In this document: one piece after another, positions 30,302 through 39,602 of the stretch | Layout: the number at the start of each line of letters is the position of its first letter | How positions within the stretch are numbered: the first letter of the stretch is position 1 | Assembly (NCBI GenBank): GCA_045617965.1 | Contig: JAZLJQ010000014.1 | Span: 21,443 to 85,442 of the forward strand | Direction of reading: 5' to 3' | From: Prevotella sp. | GTDB lineage: Bacteria > Bacteroidota > Bacteroidia > Bacteroidales > Bacteroidaceae | Length of the DNA: 64,000 nt | Made by a program: the position numbers and the translations under genes | Notes under the pieces: generated by a model | Told to the model about the DNA's origin: nothing | Seen by the model: the letters and a program-made list of their open reading frames with translations, nothing else | Databases searched by the model: none

Positions 30302-31846
30302 ATGCTTGTTAAAACTTATAGTGGTGCGGTGAATGGTCTTGATGTGACTTCAATATGTGTTGAGGTGAGTATGCGTCGTGGTGTTCATTTTCATCTTTCT
30401 GGTCTCCCTGATGCATCTGTCAAGGAGAGTCAGTCTCGCATTCGTGCAGCTTTTAGTAATATGGGTTTGCGTTTTCCAGGTATGGAGATAACGGTAAATT
30501 TGTCACCTGCTGATATTCATAAGGAGGGTAGTGGTTACGATTTGCCTATAGCTGTTGGCATTCTTTGTCATGATGAGCGGTATCATATTGATGAAGCGTT
30601 TTTGGGTCGGTATCTTATGGTAGGGGAGTTAGGTTTAGATGGGGGGTTGCGTCCTATTCGTGGTGCTTTGCCTATAGCAATGCGGTCTAAGGCTGATGGA
30701 TATGTAGGGATAATATTGCCAAGTGCCAATGCACGTGAGGCTGCGGTTGTTGATGGGCTAGAGGTGTATGGTATGGATTCGTTGCAAGATGTCATTGACT
30801 TTTTGAGTGGAGCTAAATCATTTCATACAATTTCTATAGACTTTCAAAAGGAATTTTTTGACAAACAGCAACAGTCTGACTTTGACTTTGCAGATGTTCG
30901 TGGCCAACAACAAGTAAAACGCGCATTGGAGATTGCTGCTTCAGGTGGGCATAATATAATTCTTGTAGGTCCTCCTGGTGCTGGTAAGTCTATGATGGCG
31001 AGGTGCTTGCCTTCTATTCTTCCGCCATTATCATTGGGTGAAAGTCTTGAGACTACTCAAATTCATTCGGTAGCTGGCAAATTAGGTAAGAATACTTCTC
31101 TTATTTGGGAACGTCCTTTTCGTAGTCCGCATCATACGGTGTCTGCAGCAGCAATTTGTGGTGGTGGTAGTAATCCTCAACCCGGGGAAGTCTCGTTGGC
31201 GCATAATGGTGTGCTTTTTTGTGATGAGTTGCCGGAGTTTTCTAAAAATGTATTGGAGGTTTTGCGTCAACCGCTTGAAGACCGCAAGGTGACGGTGTCG
31301 CGTGTAAAATATTCTATTGAATTTCCGAGTTCATTTATGTTTGTTGCCTCAATGAATCCTTGCCCTTGTGGCTATCATAACGATCCAACACATAAGTGTA
31401 TCTGTACTCCCGGGCAGATACAGCGGTACATGAACAAAATTAGTGGTCCTCTTTTGGATCGTATCGATATACAATGCGAGATTTCTCCTGTGCCTTTTGA
31501 AGATATTAGCAGTAAGGAGCGCTCAGAGCCGAGTCTGCATATTCGTGAGCGTGTGATAGAGGCTCGTAAGATTCAAGATGAGAGATTTAAGGGTTTTAAG
31601 GGGGTTTATTGTAATGCTCAAATGACGACTGAGATGATTCATCGCTTTGCCGAGCCAGATGAAAAAGGCTTACGAATGTTAAAGACAGCTATGGAACGGC
31701 TTAATCTTTCAGCTCGTGCTTATAGCCGTATTTTGAAGGTTGCTCGTACTATTGCTGATTTGGACTATTCTGCATCGATACAGATGCATCATATAGCCGA
31801 GGCTGTTTCTTATCGTAGTCTTGATCGTGGAGATTGGGCAGAGTAA
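30302..31846 (+). CDS. comM: YifB/ComM Mg-chelatase-like AAA+ helicase
   Basis: GLPDASVKES, NLSPAD, Walker A GPPGAGKS, RPFRSPHH, LAHNGVLFCDE, MNPCPCG, SGPLLDRID, ARTIADL. Confidence 0.93.
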   Translation: MLVKTYSGAVNGLDVTSICVEVSMRRGVHFHLSGLPDASVKESQSRIRAAFSNMGLRFPGMEITVNLSPADIHKEGSGYDLPIAVGILCHDERYHIDEAFLGRYLMVGELGLDGGLRPIRGALPIAMRSKADGYVGIILPSANAREAAVVDGLEVYGMDSLQDVIDFLSGAKSFHTISIDFQKEFFDKQQQSDFDFADVRGQQQVKRALEIAASGGHNIILVGPPGAGKSMMARCLPSILPPLSLGESLETTQIHSVAGKLGKNTSLIWERPFRSPHHTVSAAAICGGGSNPQPGEVSLAHNGVLFCDELPEFSKNVLEVLRQPLEDRKVTVSRVKYSIEFPSSFMFVASMNPCPCGYHNDPTHKCICTPGQIQRYMNKISGPLLDRIDIQCEISPVPFEDISSKERSEPSLHIRERVIEARKIQDERFKGFKGVYCNAQMTTEMIHRFAEPDEKGLRMLKTAMERLNLSARAYSRILKVARTIADLDYSASIQMHHIAEAVSYRSLDRGDWAE

Positions 31847-31882
31847 CGTAGTTTATATATAAGATTTTTGGTAAGTATAATC

Positions 31883-33913
31883 ATGAAACGAGCAATTATT
31901 TTGGTCGTATTCTTTTTGTTTTTTCGCAATTTCGTAGGAGTAGTTCAAGCCACGGATACCGATAGTCTTCATTTTGCTTCATGGGAAGATGATTTTGCAG
32001 CCTATTCTGAGGTTGAGGACTTTGATGATGAAGTTTGGCAAAGCATTTATGAGTCTTTATCTTCGCTATCGGTCAATCCAATAGATATAAATACTGCTAC
32101 TCGTGAAGATTTGTTACAGATTCCATTTCTTTCAGAAGAGCAGGTTGATGATATTCTATATTTCATCTACCGAAATGGGCGAATGCAGTCTGGAGCAGAA
32201 CTGATGATGATTCCATCTATTGGCTATGAAGCAAGACGTCTGTTGCTTAATTTTATTACATTTGGAAATAGTAGGATGAAGAAAGCTCCCACACTAGGAG
32301 AACTACTCAGTAGTGGGCACCATGAACTGACATTTACAGATAAAGTTCCATTTTATGAGCGACGTGGACAGAAAACCGGAGCTTATGTTGGTGATGGTAT
32401 GAAACACTCTCTTCGTTATGATTTTCAGTTTGGGAAATGGATGCGCTTCGGAATTGTGGGGAGTAAAGATGCCGGTGAGCCTTTCTTCGGGGAAAATAAT
32501 TATGGCTATGACCACTACAATTATTATTTTGTACTAAAAAACCATAAGGCTTTAAAGGTTCTTGCATTGGGATGTTACAAAGTTGGGTTTGGTATGGGGT
32601 TGGTAGTGAACAACGGATTATCATTTGGGAAAATGGGTTTGCTGTCATCACTTGGTAGAGGCACCAATAATATCCGACCGCATGCTTCACTTTCTTCTGA
32701 TAATTATTTTAACGGGTTGGCTACAACGATAGAATTAACAAAAGGTCTAAAAGCATCGGCATTTATATCTTATCGTAGTCTTGATGGAACCATGAAAAAG
32801 GGCGATTCTACTGCCATTCAAACTATCGTCACCGGTGGTTATCATCGTACTCAAAGTGAATTAAATAAACGTGGCAATCTTCACGAGACAACCTTCGGGG
32901 GCAATCTTTCTTATTCATACAAAAGATTTCAATTGGGCATTACGAGTATATATTCTCATTTAGACAAGCCTTTATTGCCGGATTCTGCTACTGGAAGAGG
33001 CTATAAAAGATGGTATGCTAAAGGTAATGACTTTTTTAATATTGGAGTTGATTACAAATATAGTCTTGATAAATTTGTTTTCGGTGGTGAGACTGCGTTG
33101 AATTCAGATGGTGCCATTGCAACATTAAACCGCATAACATATAATCCTTCTTATCGTTTGAAGTTAATCCTTTTACAACGATTTTATTCTTATAAGTATA
33201 ATGCTCTTCACACAATGAGTTTTTCTGAAGGCGGACGTGTGCAAAACGAAAGCGGTGTTTTCATCGGTGCCGAATGGCAGCCTAATTCATTATTGATGAT
33301 TACGGCATATTCTGATTGGTTTTATTTCCCATGGAAAAAATACGGAGTAAGTGAATCGTCATATGGTACAGACAATCTTGTGCAGGCTGTTTTTTCAAAT
33401 GATAAATATCGGCTAACGGCTCGTTATCGTATTAAAATACGTGAAAAGGATGCCGAAAATGGCATACTTGGACGTGAAACTCAACAACGCATGAAAATTT
33501 CTGCAGATTATGGACTTTCATCCTCATTATCGTTTAAAACTCAAGCCGATGCATGCCTTATAACATTTGATGAGCGCAATTGGGGATTTATGCTTACTCA
33601 AACGATGAATTGGAATCCATCAAAAGCGTTAAAACTATCAGTTTCAACTGGATATTTTCATTCTAGTAATTACGATAGCCGACTATATATCTACGAGAAA
33701 AATATGCTTTATACTTTCGCTTTTCCATCTTTTTATGGCGAAGGAATGCGTTTGATGCTTATGGCTCGTTATGCAATTGTGAAAAATCTTATGTTGTCTG
33801 CCAAGGTGGGATGTACGAAATATTTTGACCGTGACGTAATATCATCTTCTCATCAACAAATAGATGGCTCTACGCAAACTGATGCAGATGTTCAAATTAT
33901 ATGGAGATTTTAA
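31883..33913 (+). CDS. ComEA-like helix-hairpin-helix protein fused to an outer-membrane beta-barrel
   Basis: Signal peptide, PIDINTATREDLLQIPFLS (ComEA-type HhH), long amphipathic beta-strand region, C-terminal QIIWRF. Confidence 0.75.
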   Translation: MKRAIILVVFFLFFRNFVGVVQATDTDSLHFASWEDDFAAYSEVEDFDDEVWQSIYESLSSLSVNPIDINTATREDLLQIPFLSEEQVDDILYFIYRNGRMQSGAELMMIPSIGYEARRLLLNFITFGNSRMKKAPTLGELLSSGHHELTFTDKVPFYERRGQKTGAYVGDGMKHSLRYDFQFGKWMRFGIVGSKDAGEPFFGENNYGYDHYNYYFVLKNHKALKVLALGCYKVGFGMGLVVNNGLSFGKMGLLSSLGRGTNNIRPHASLSSDNYFNGLATTIELTKGLKASAFISYRSLDGTMKKGDSTAIQTIVTGGYHRTQSELNKRGNLHETTFGGNLSYSYKRFQLGITSIYSHLDKPLLPDSATGRGYKRWYAKGNDFFNIGVDYKYSLDKFVFGGETALNSDGAIATLNRITYNPSYRLKLILLQRFYSYKYNALHTMSFSEGGRVQNESGVFIGAEWQPNSLLMITAYSDWFYFPWKKYGVSESSYGTDNLVQAVFSNDKYRLTARYRIKIREKDAENGILGRETQQRMKISADYGLSSSLSFKTQADACLITFDERNWGFMLTQTMNWNPSKALKLSVSTGYFHSSNYDSRLYIYEKNMLYTFAFPSFYGEGMRLMLMARYAIVKNLMLSAKVGCTKYFDRDVISSSHQQIDGSTQTDADVQIIWRF

Positions 33914-34045
33914 TAAGTTTAGGTATCATTTATGAGATGTCAAACTATTGTAACGCTATTTTCTTTGCATCATGCATTATAAACTAAATACACTTGTGAT
34001 GCACTTTTTTCTTTCATTTGCTGAAGTGTAAAGGCGAAAGGTTTT

Positions 34046-34114
34046 TGTATGATATCATATCGTACAAGCGTATCATATTATATCGTACATATGTATGATT
34101 TCATATCGTGCAAG
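34046..34114. repeat. Three tandem 23-bp quasi-palindromic repeats
   Basis: TGTATGATATCATATCGTACAAG / CGTATCATATTATATCGTACATA / TGTATGATTTCATATCGTGCAAG. Confidence 0.85.
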
Positions 34115-34296
34115 GTATACGTGCGTTTGACAAGTATCGCTAAAAGTTAGTATTCTTATCCTTTTTACACTATAATATTTCCACGTGATGGGAAGAGATT
34201 CTCATCGTGAGTAGTAGAGAAAGGTAAAATATGACTTATTGTATAATCTTTGCACTAATTTTGCACAAAGATATTCAAGCAAGAAAGAACTCAAAA

Positions 34297-35172
34297 ATGC
34301 AATTCGCCACAATACCTTGTCACAAAGATTTACAGCCGTTCATAAGAAACTACTGGTTGTTACGCGCTTATTGCAAAAAAGAAGGCACGCAACGTATCTT
34401 TTCCAATGGTGCTACAAGTCTGCATTTCTATCTAGGACAAGGTGTTAGACTTGATAACGAAGAAAGAGAATATCAAACGGCTCTCAACCACCATAGCATG
34501 AAATGCATGGAAATTCATACCACAAAAGGCCGATTGGAAATATTGGGTGTTGAGTTTGTGCCATTTTGTTCACACCTATTTTTCTCTTTAGATAGCGACA
34601 CCACTCACGCAACAACAAGCGAAATAAACAATATAGAGTTCACGAAATTAGAAGAGTCTATTCATGCAACTAACGATGTGGACCGACAGACTGCACTTCT
34701 TGATGAGTTTTTCTGCAAGCAACTCAACGAACTGGATTTTGATGAAACAAATATAGAACGACTGCAAAATGTATTTGAAGGTATAGTCACGTCTGAAGAA
34801 AAAGAAGAGATGAACAACAATTATAAGACGATTTCAACTGTAGATTTAGCCATAGAAGCCCACATTGGACAAAAGCAGTTTACACGCATCTTTTCGAAAT
34901 ATGTCGGACTGCGACCGAAGGCATATCTACGACTTCTACGTTTTCATAAAGCTTTAAGGGAAATACAACAAATGCCAAAAGATACCTTATTGAAAAATAT
35001 TGCTTGGAAATGCGGATATAGTGATACGGCACACATGACAAACGATTTCAAACAATTATGTGGGCATACACCGACCGAAATAATCTCCATTAGAAGTATA
35101 CTTACTGAAGCTTTTAGCCCTAATTTCAGCGATAGGATGAAGAAGAAGGTCTTGCTAGAAAATATTATTTAA
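34297..35172 (+). CDS. AraC-family transcriptional regulator (DUF6597-like N-domain)
   Basis: PCHKDLQPFIRNYW N-terminus and HTH region QFTRIFSKYVGLRPK..GYSDTAHMTNDFKQLCGHTP. Promoter TAATTTTG at 34256-34263 supports ATG 34297. Confidence 0.9.
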   Translation: MQFATIPCHKDLQPFIRNYWLLRAYCKKEGTQRIFSNGATSLHFYLGQGVRLDNEEREYQTALNHHSMKCMEIHTTKGRLEILGVEFVPFCSHLFFSLDSDTTHATTSEINNIEFTKLEESIHATNDVDRQTALLDEFFCKQLNELDFDETNIERLQNVFEGIVTSEEKEEMNNNYKTISTVDLAIEAHIGQKQFTRIFSKYVGLRPKAYLRLLRFHKALREIQQMPKDTLLKNIAWKCGYSDTAHMTNDFKQLCGHTPTEIISIRSILTEAFSPNFSDRMKKKVLLENII

Positions 35173-35184
35173 CTAAATTGTTTT

Positions 35185-35229
35185 TGTCCATTTTTTACAA
35201 AAGCAGTAAAATACTTTTTTTTATTTTTG
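35185..35229 (+). promoter_or_regulatory. Putative AraC operator and promoter for the downstream array
   Basis: TGTCCATTTTTTACAA right after the AraC stop, occupying the -33 region, followed by TATTTTTG at 35222-35229. Confidence 0.5.
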
Positions 35230-35309
35230 CAATGCGTAAACAATAGCGAATGGCTAGAGCAAAAGGACGTTACTATCCATTATGACAAGCTAAATCTAAT
35301 TTGCACAAA

Positions 35310-36155
35310 GTGAAAACGAATAGACCATTATTAGTGTTACTATTTGTAGTGGCTGTAATAAACACAGCCTGCGCTCGCAATGCGAGTACGCAAATCGAGC
35401 AACAACAAATACAAGCACGTATTGTAGAACTGAAAACGATGATAGGAAAGAAATATTGGCCTACGTTTGCAGACACCAAATATGATGTGCCGATACGTTT
35501 CTTTCAAGAAGGCACATTTCGGATGCAATATGTAATAAACGATGAAGATAGTTATTTCATAGAATGTAGCTCATTGGAAATAGCATCGGAAGCCACGTCA
35601 ATAACGACATACAATGAATGGTACGGAATGTTATTGCACGAGTATTTTCATGCCTTTCAGCATCAACACAAAAAGACTTGGAACACCTTCATGCAATCTA
35701 CACCGAAAGATTTTAATGCAACAGACTCGCTTATCGCACTGAAAAAACATTACTTTTGGTATCATAAACTTTTGAATAAAGAAAGTAACCTTTTAAGAAA
35801 AGCCTATAAGGCATCAAGCTTAAAGCAAGCAAGAAAACACCTGAAAAACTTTTTAAGCACACGTAATAGACGACTGCAAAAATTAAAAGAGCGACTTGGA
35901 CTTGACATCACAGATTTCTATCCACTAAAAGAAACCATTGAAGGCTCGGCAAGATACATAGAATACTGCTTGTATTACGAACTAGGCATTGATAATATAG
36001 AATGGATGACAAATCTTGACAGTAACGCTTATGTATATTCATCGGGCTTGTATCTTATACTGATAATGAAAAAATTAGGAATAAACTTCTGTGATAACCT
36101 ATTTGTAAATTATAACACCATAACAGAGCTGTTAAATGATAAGTTAAAATTGTAA
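35310..36155 (+). CDS. Exported putative zinc metallopeptidase (HExxH)
   Basis: Signal/lipoprotein-like N-terminus, LLHEYFHAFQ and a downstream EGSARY (gluzincin-like third ligand). Confidence 0.6.
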   Translation: MKTNRPLLVLLFVVAVINTACARNASTQIEQQQIQARIVELKTMIGKKYWPTFADTKYDVPIRFFQEGTFRMQYVINDEDSYFIECSSLEIASEATSITTYNEWYGMLLHEYFHAFQHQHKKTWNTFMQSTPKDFNATDSLIALKKHYFWYHKLLNKESNLLRKAYKASSLKQARKHLKNFLSTRNRRLQKLKERLGLDITDFYPLKETIEGSARYIEYCLYYELGIDNIEWMTNLDSNAYVYSSGLYLILIMKKLGINFCDNLFVNYNTITELLNDKLKL

Positions 36156-36166
36156 AACTCAACAAC

Positions 36167-37060
36167 ATGAAAACATATTTTTATACAATAAGAAGCTTCT
36201 TTGTAGAAACAAGCATATTAATTACTATAGGCTTCGTTTTTACACTATGTACTAGCATGTGTAACATTGAAAGCGATACTGAACCCATCAATCATATTGA
36301 CATTCTAAAAACTACAGGCCCGTACTGCCAAGAGCCCTTAAAGGTGAACATCCATCCCATTATCGACATAGCAAGAACGACAGAAATAAGAGAGTATTTC
36401 CAACTTGATACACTCTATGATGAGACGGCCTCTACATGGGAAAAGACATTGGCAATAGCTCGCTTTGTGGCTACAAACATCCCCCACGCAAACCAAAAAA
36501 TACAACCATGGCATATGAATGCTATCTTTCTGTGGGAATATACAAAGAATGTAGAGCCAGCTTTTAATTGTAGACTACACAGCATAATGATGTTTGAGCT
36601 ACTATCGTCTATCGGGATAAAGGCCACATATATTACTTGTATGCCAAAAGATAGTAGCGACAGAGACTGTCATGTCGTTAATCAGGTGTGGCTTCCTGAG
36701 ATAGGGAAATGGGTGATGATTGACTCCGACTCCGGAGGATTCTATGCCACAGATGATGAAGGTCATTTACTCTCATTGCAAGAAATAAGAGAATGCTACA
36801 TTCATGACAAACACATTTGTTATCATCCACAATTTGAGGATATGGCAGACGAAGATAGCTGGTATTACGATTATATGGCAAAGAATACATATTGGTTCTC
36901 TTGTTGGGAAACGCCACATTTCGACCAAGAGCCACCAGAAGGAGAAGATGTCGGAAGGTATATTCATCTCATACCGCAAAGATTCAAGTTATTTGTCAAT
37001 AATGATATTGAAATAGTAACAAATGATGATAAACAATTTTGGGCTTCACCTAACGAATGA
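36167..37060 (+). CDS. Transglutaminase-like cysteine protease domain protein
   Basis: Cys-His-Asp triad pattern AFNCRLHS / DCHVVNQVW / WVMIDSD, with an N-terminal hydrophobic segment. Confidence 0.8.
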   Translation: MKTYFYTIRSFFVETSILITIGFVFTLCTSMCNIESDTEPINHIDILKTTGPYCQEPLKVNIHPIIDIARTTEIREYFQLDTLYDETASTWEKTLAIARFVATNIPHANQKIQPWHMNAIFLWEYTKNVEPAFNCRLHSIMMFELLSSIGIKATYITCMPKDSSDRDCHVVNQVWLPEIGKWVMIDSDSGGFYATDDEGHLLSLQEIRECYIHDKHICYHPQFEDMADEDSWYYDYMAKNTYWFSCWETPHFDQEPPEGEDVGRYIHLIPQRFKLFVNNDIEIVTNDDKQFWASPNE

Positions 37061-37100
37061 AATTTAATGAAATAATAGTATTTCTAATGAAAACGCTAAA

Positions 37101-38126
37101 ATGACAAAGTACGATGAACAGAACAGACTTGCATATTTGGACAATCTAAAGGTGTTCCTTATACTACTTGTAATATTCCATCATGCTGGACTGGCATACG
37201 GAAATGGGGGTGGTTGGGCATATCAACCTTCAAATCCTAAAGAATTTATGCCATGGATATGGCATTTCTTTGCAGTAAATACAGGATTCTTCATGGGGCT
37301 TTTTTTCTTGATTTCAGGATATTTTGTCCCTAAAAGCTATGACAGACAAGGATTGAATGTATTCCTTAAGAAGAAGCTATTACATCTTGGTGTCCCTTTG
37401 TTGTTCATGGGGGGAATAACGTCAGCTATAACAAGAACGCTCGAAGTTGCTCATATGTGGTTTGTGGAAAGTCTACTAGTTTTTTGTATCATATATGCTC
37501 TTATACGCACCTTTGGCAAATTACCATCTAAAGTTTGCTCATCAAAACCTAAAGTATTAAGTTTGTTCGGTTTTGGGTTGTGCATGGGTCTTGGCACGTT
37601 CTTAATCCGCAAGATCAGTCCGCAAGACAACTGGATAATGGTACCTATTAAAATCGAACCCGCACATTATTTGCAATATGTGATGATGTTTGCTGTTGGA
37701 GTGCTTTTTGGTCGGTTTAATTGGTTTGAGAAGATGAGCAACACTACTGGATCTGTTTCGCTTCTGCTTGGTATCTTACTTGCTACAGGCATGTATTCTC
37801 TCGGTGATAATTCATGGAGTGGCTTGATTTGGAACTGGTATGGCATTTATGAATCAATGATGTGTGTATTTATTTCATTCGGTCTGATATGGTTGTTTCG
37901 ACAGGTATTCTTTTCTTCATCCAAGTTTATGCAATGGTGTGCTGCACAGGCATACGGAGTCTATATCGTTCACCTCTTGCTGATGTTGGGAATACAGTTT
38001 GCATTTGATGGAGTATGCATGGGAGCATTTGGCAAGTTCATATTCATCGGCATAACGACCACCATTTTATCGTTTATGATTACTTGGTTGATACGGATGA
38101 TTCCGAGAATGAAAAACATCATATAA
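37101..38126 (+). CDS. Acyltransferase-3 family membrane protein (OpgC/MdoC-like)
   Basis: RLAYLDNLK..LVIFHH, FFMGLFFLISGYF, HMWF, YGVYIVH. Confidence 0.88.
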   Translation: MTKYDEQNRLAYLDNLKVFLILLVIFHHAGLAYGNGGGWAYQPSNPKEFMPWIWHFFAVNTGFFMGLFFLISGYFVPKSYDRQGLNVFLKKKLLHLGVPLLFMGGITSAITRTLEVAHMWFVESLLVFCIIYALIRTFGKLPSKVCSSKPKVLSLFGFGLCMGLGTFLIRKISPQDNWIMVPIKIEPAHYLQYVMMFAVGVLFGRFNWFEKMSNTTGSVSLLLGILLATGMYSLGDNSWSGLIWNWYGIYESMMCVFISFGLIWLFRQVFFSSSKFMQWCAAQAYGVYIVHLLLMLGIQFAFDGVCMGAFGKFIFIGITTTILSFMITWLIRMIPRMKNII

Positions 38127-38146
38127 CCCCACACCCCAAGCGCAAA

Positions 38147-38548
38147 ATGAACAAATTTAAATTCAATACAATAGGACTATTTACCACCAACAATCAAAAG
38201 ATGGTGCATTTCTATCACGACATCTTTGGCTTCCAAACAGAGTGGAATGGCACAGAGCCAAACGTAGAAATGAACTTGGGTAACACACGACTTATCATGT
38301 TCCCACGAAAGAAATTCGAAGAGATGATCTCACAGAAACTCACCTATCCCGCAAACATTAACGGAACAATGGAAATCTCATTTGATGTCACAACATATGA
38401 AGATGTAGACAAAACATACTCACAAGCTGTTAGCATGGGCGCAAAGCCGATATTTCCACCAACAACAGAGCCTTGGGGACAACGCACATGCTATATCGCC
38501 GACCCAGATGGAAATCTAATAGAGATAAGTTCGTTCAATAACAAATGA
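38147..38548 (+). CDS. VOC/glyoxalase/bleomycin-resistance family protein
   Basis: FYHDIFGF, EISFDV, PTTEPWGQRTCYIADPDGNLIEI. Confidence 0.9.
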   Translation: MNKFKFNTIGLFTTNNQKMVHFYHDIFGFQTEWNGTEPNVEMNLGNTRLIMFPRKKFEEMISQKLTYPANINGTMEISFDVTTYEDVDKTYSQAVSMGAKPIFPPTTEPWGQRTCYIADPDGNLIEISSFNNK

Positions 38549-38934
38549 TGAAATTAAATAGACCAAACATCGCAAAAATATTATCCTTGTCCTTCATCCT
38601 CATGGGCATAATACATATAGTGGCAACATTCACACCTCTTATTGCCAACAAAATATCATTGCTCCCAAATAGCACACAAGGCATATTCATATACTTCAGC
38701 CTTATGTGTGGTGCATTGCTCATGTTGAGCGGTGGCATAATCTACACACTCGCAGAAAAAGGCTTGGAACATCCCTTTCTTCGCAAGCCATACATGCTGA
38801 CTCTTGCCTTTTTGGTTGCGAATGCTGTGTTGGCTGTTGTTTTAATGCCTCACAATCCGTTTGCATGGGTGATTTTTGTGCTGACAACACTATTGCTATT
38901 TGCAAACATAGCAATAGGACGTGATAACAAATGA
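38545..38934 (+). CDS. Hypothetical four-TM membrane protein
   Basis: Four hydrophobic helices (GIIHIVATF, MPHNPFAW). ATGA overlap with the VOC gene. Confidence 0.7.
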   Translation: MMKLNRPNIAKILSLSFILMGIIHIVATFTPLIANKISLLPNSTQGIFIYFSLMCGALLMLSGGIIYTLAEKGLEHPFLRKPYMLTLAFLVANAVLAVVLMPHNPFAWVIFVLTTLLLFANIAIGRDNK

Positions 38935-38953
38935 CGAATAGAAGTATTTCTTA

Positions 38954-39481
38954 ATGAAAATAAATATGCAGACAGACAAAATCATACTTCGCCATTGGCA
39001 AGAAACAGATGCTGAGGCACTATATAAATATGCAAGTGACCCCGATGTTGGGGGTCGTGCAGGTTGGTCTCCGCATAAAAGTATGGAGGAGAGTTTGGAG
39101 ATAATTAGAACAGTTTTCCACAACGATACCATGTGGGCAATCGTGCTCAAAGAGATGAATAAGGCAATCGGTGCAATGGGATATATGCTAAAGTATGAAC
39201 TGAATCTGCCAACTCGTAAAGAGGAACCTCTCGTGGGATATTGGGTTGGTAAACCTTATTGGAATAATGGCATTTGCACTGAGGCTTTGCAGATGATGCT
39301 GAAATTAATTCGTCGTGGAACAAACTACACATCACTCATAAGTTGTCATTATATTGACAATCCCGCATCAGGCAGAGTATTGGAGAAATGTGGCTTCGTT
39401 CCGACTGGTGATACTATGGTTGATGATAACTTCATAGATGACAATAAACGCTTAATGCGAGTCCTTAGATTGGAACTGTGA
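38954..39481 (+). CDS. GNAT N-acetyltransferase (RimL/RimJ-like)
   Basis: IILRHW, GYWVGKPYWNNGICTEA, NPASGRVLEKCGF. Confidence 0.9.
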   Translation: MKINMQTDKIILRHWQETDAEALYKYASDPDVGGRAGWSPHKSMEESLEIIRTVFHNDTMWAIVLKEMNKAIGAMGYMLKYELNLPTRKEEPLVGYWVGKPYWNNGICTEALQMMLKLIRRGTNYTSLISCHYIDNPASGRVLEKCGFVPTGDTMVDDNFIDDNKRLMRVLRLEL

Positions 39482-39492
39482 ACCCTAATCTC

Positions 39493-39573
39493 ATGAATGA
39501 TAAGACAACAACCTCGCTTTTGACATATGCAGATCGAGTAAAGTTCAGGATAAATACTTTCATAAATTCATAA
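39493..39573 (+). pseudogene. Possible truncated N-terminal gene stub (YdeI/OmpD-associated-like)
   Basis: MNDKTTTSLLTYADRVKFR then drifts into a CATAAAT-like slippage repeat and a stop. Resemblance judged by eye only. Confidence 0.3.
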
Positions 39574-39602
39574 ATCATCTAAATCCATAATCCCCTATAA
39601 TT

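Noticed and set aside
27700-30700. Diversity-generating retroelement as the cause of adenine loss
   Set aside because: No reverse transcriptase or template/variable repeat pair is visible, and the bias spans kilobases and intergenic DNA.
34046-34114. Possible CRISPR array
   Set aside because: The units are contiguous with no unique spacers, and no cas genes are present.
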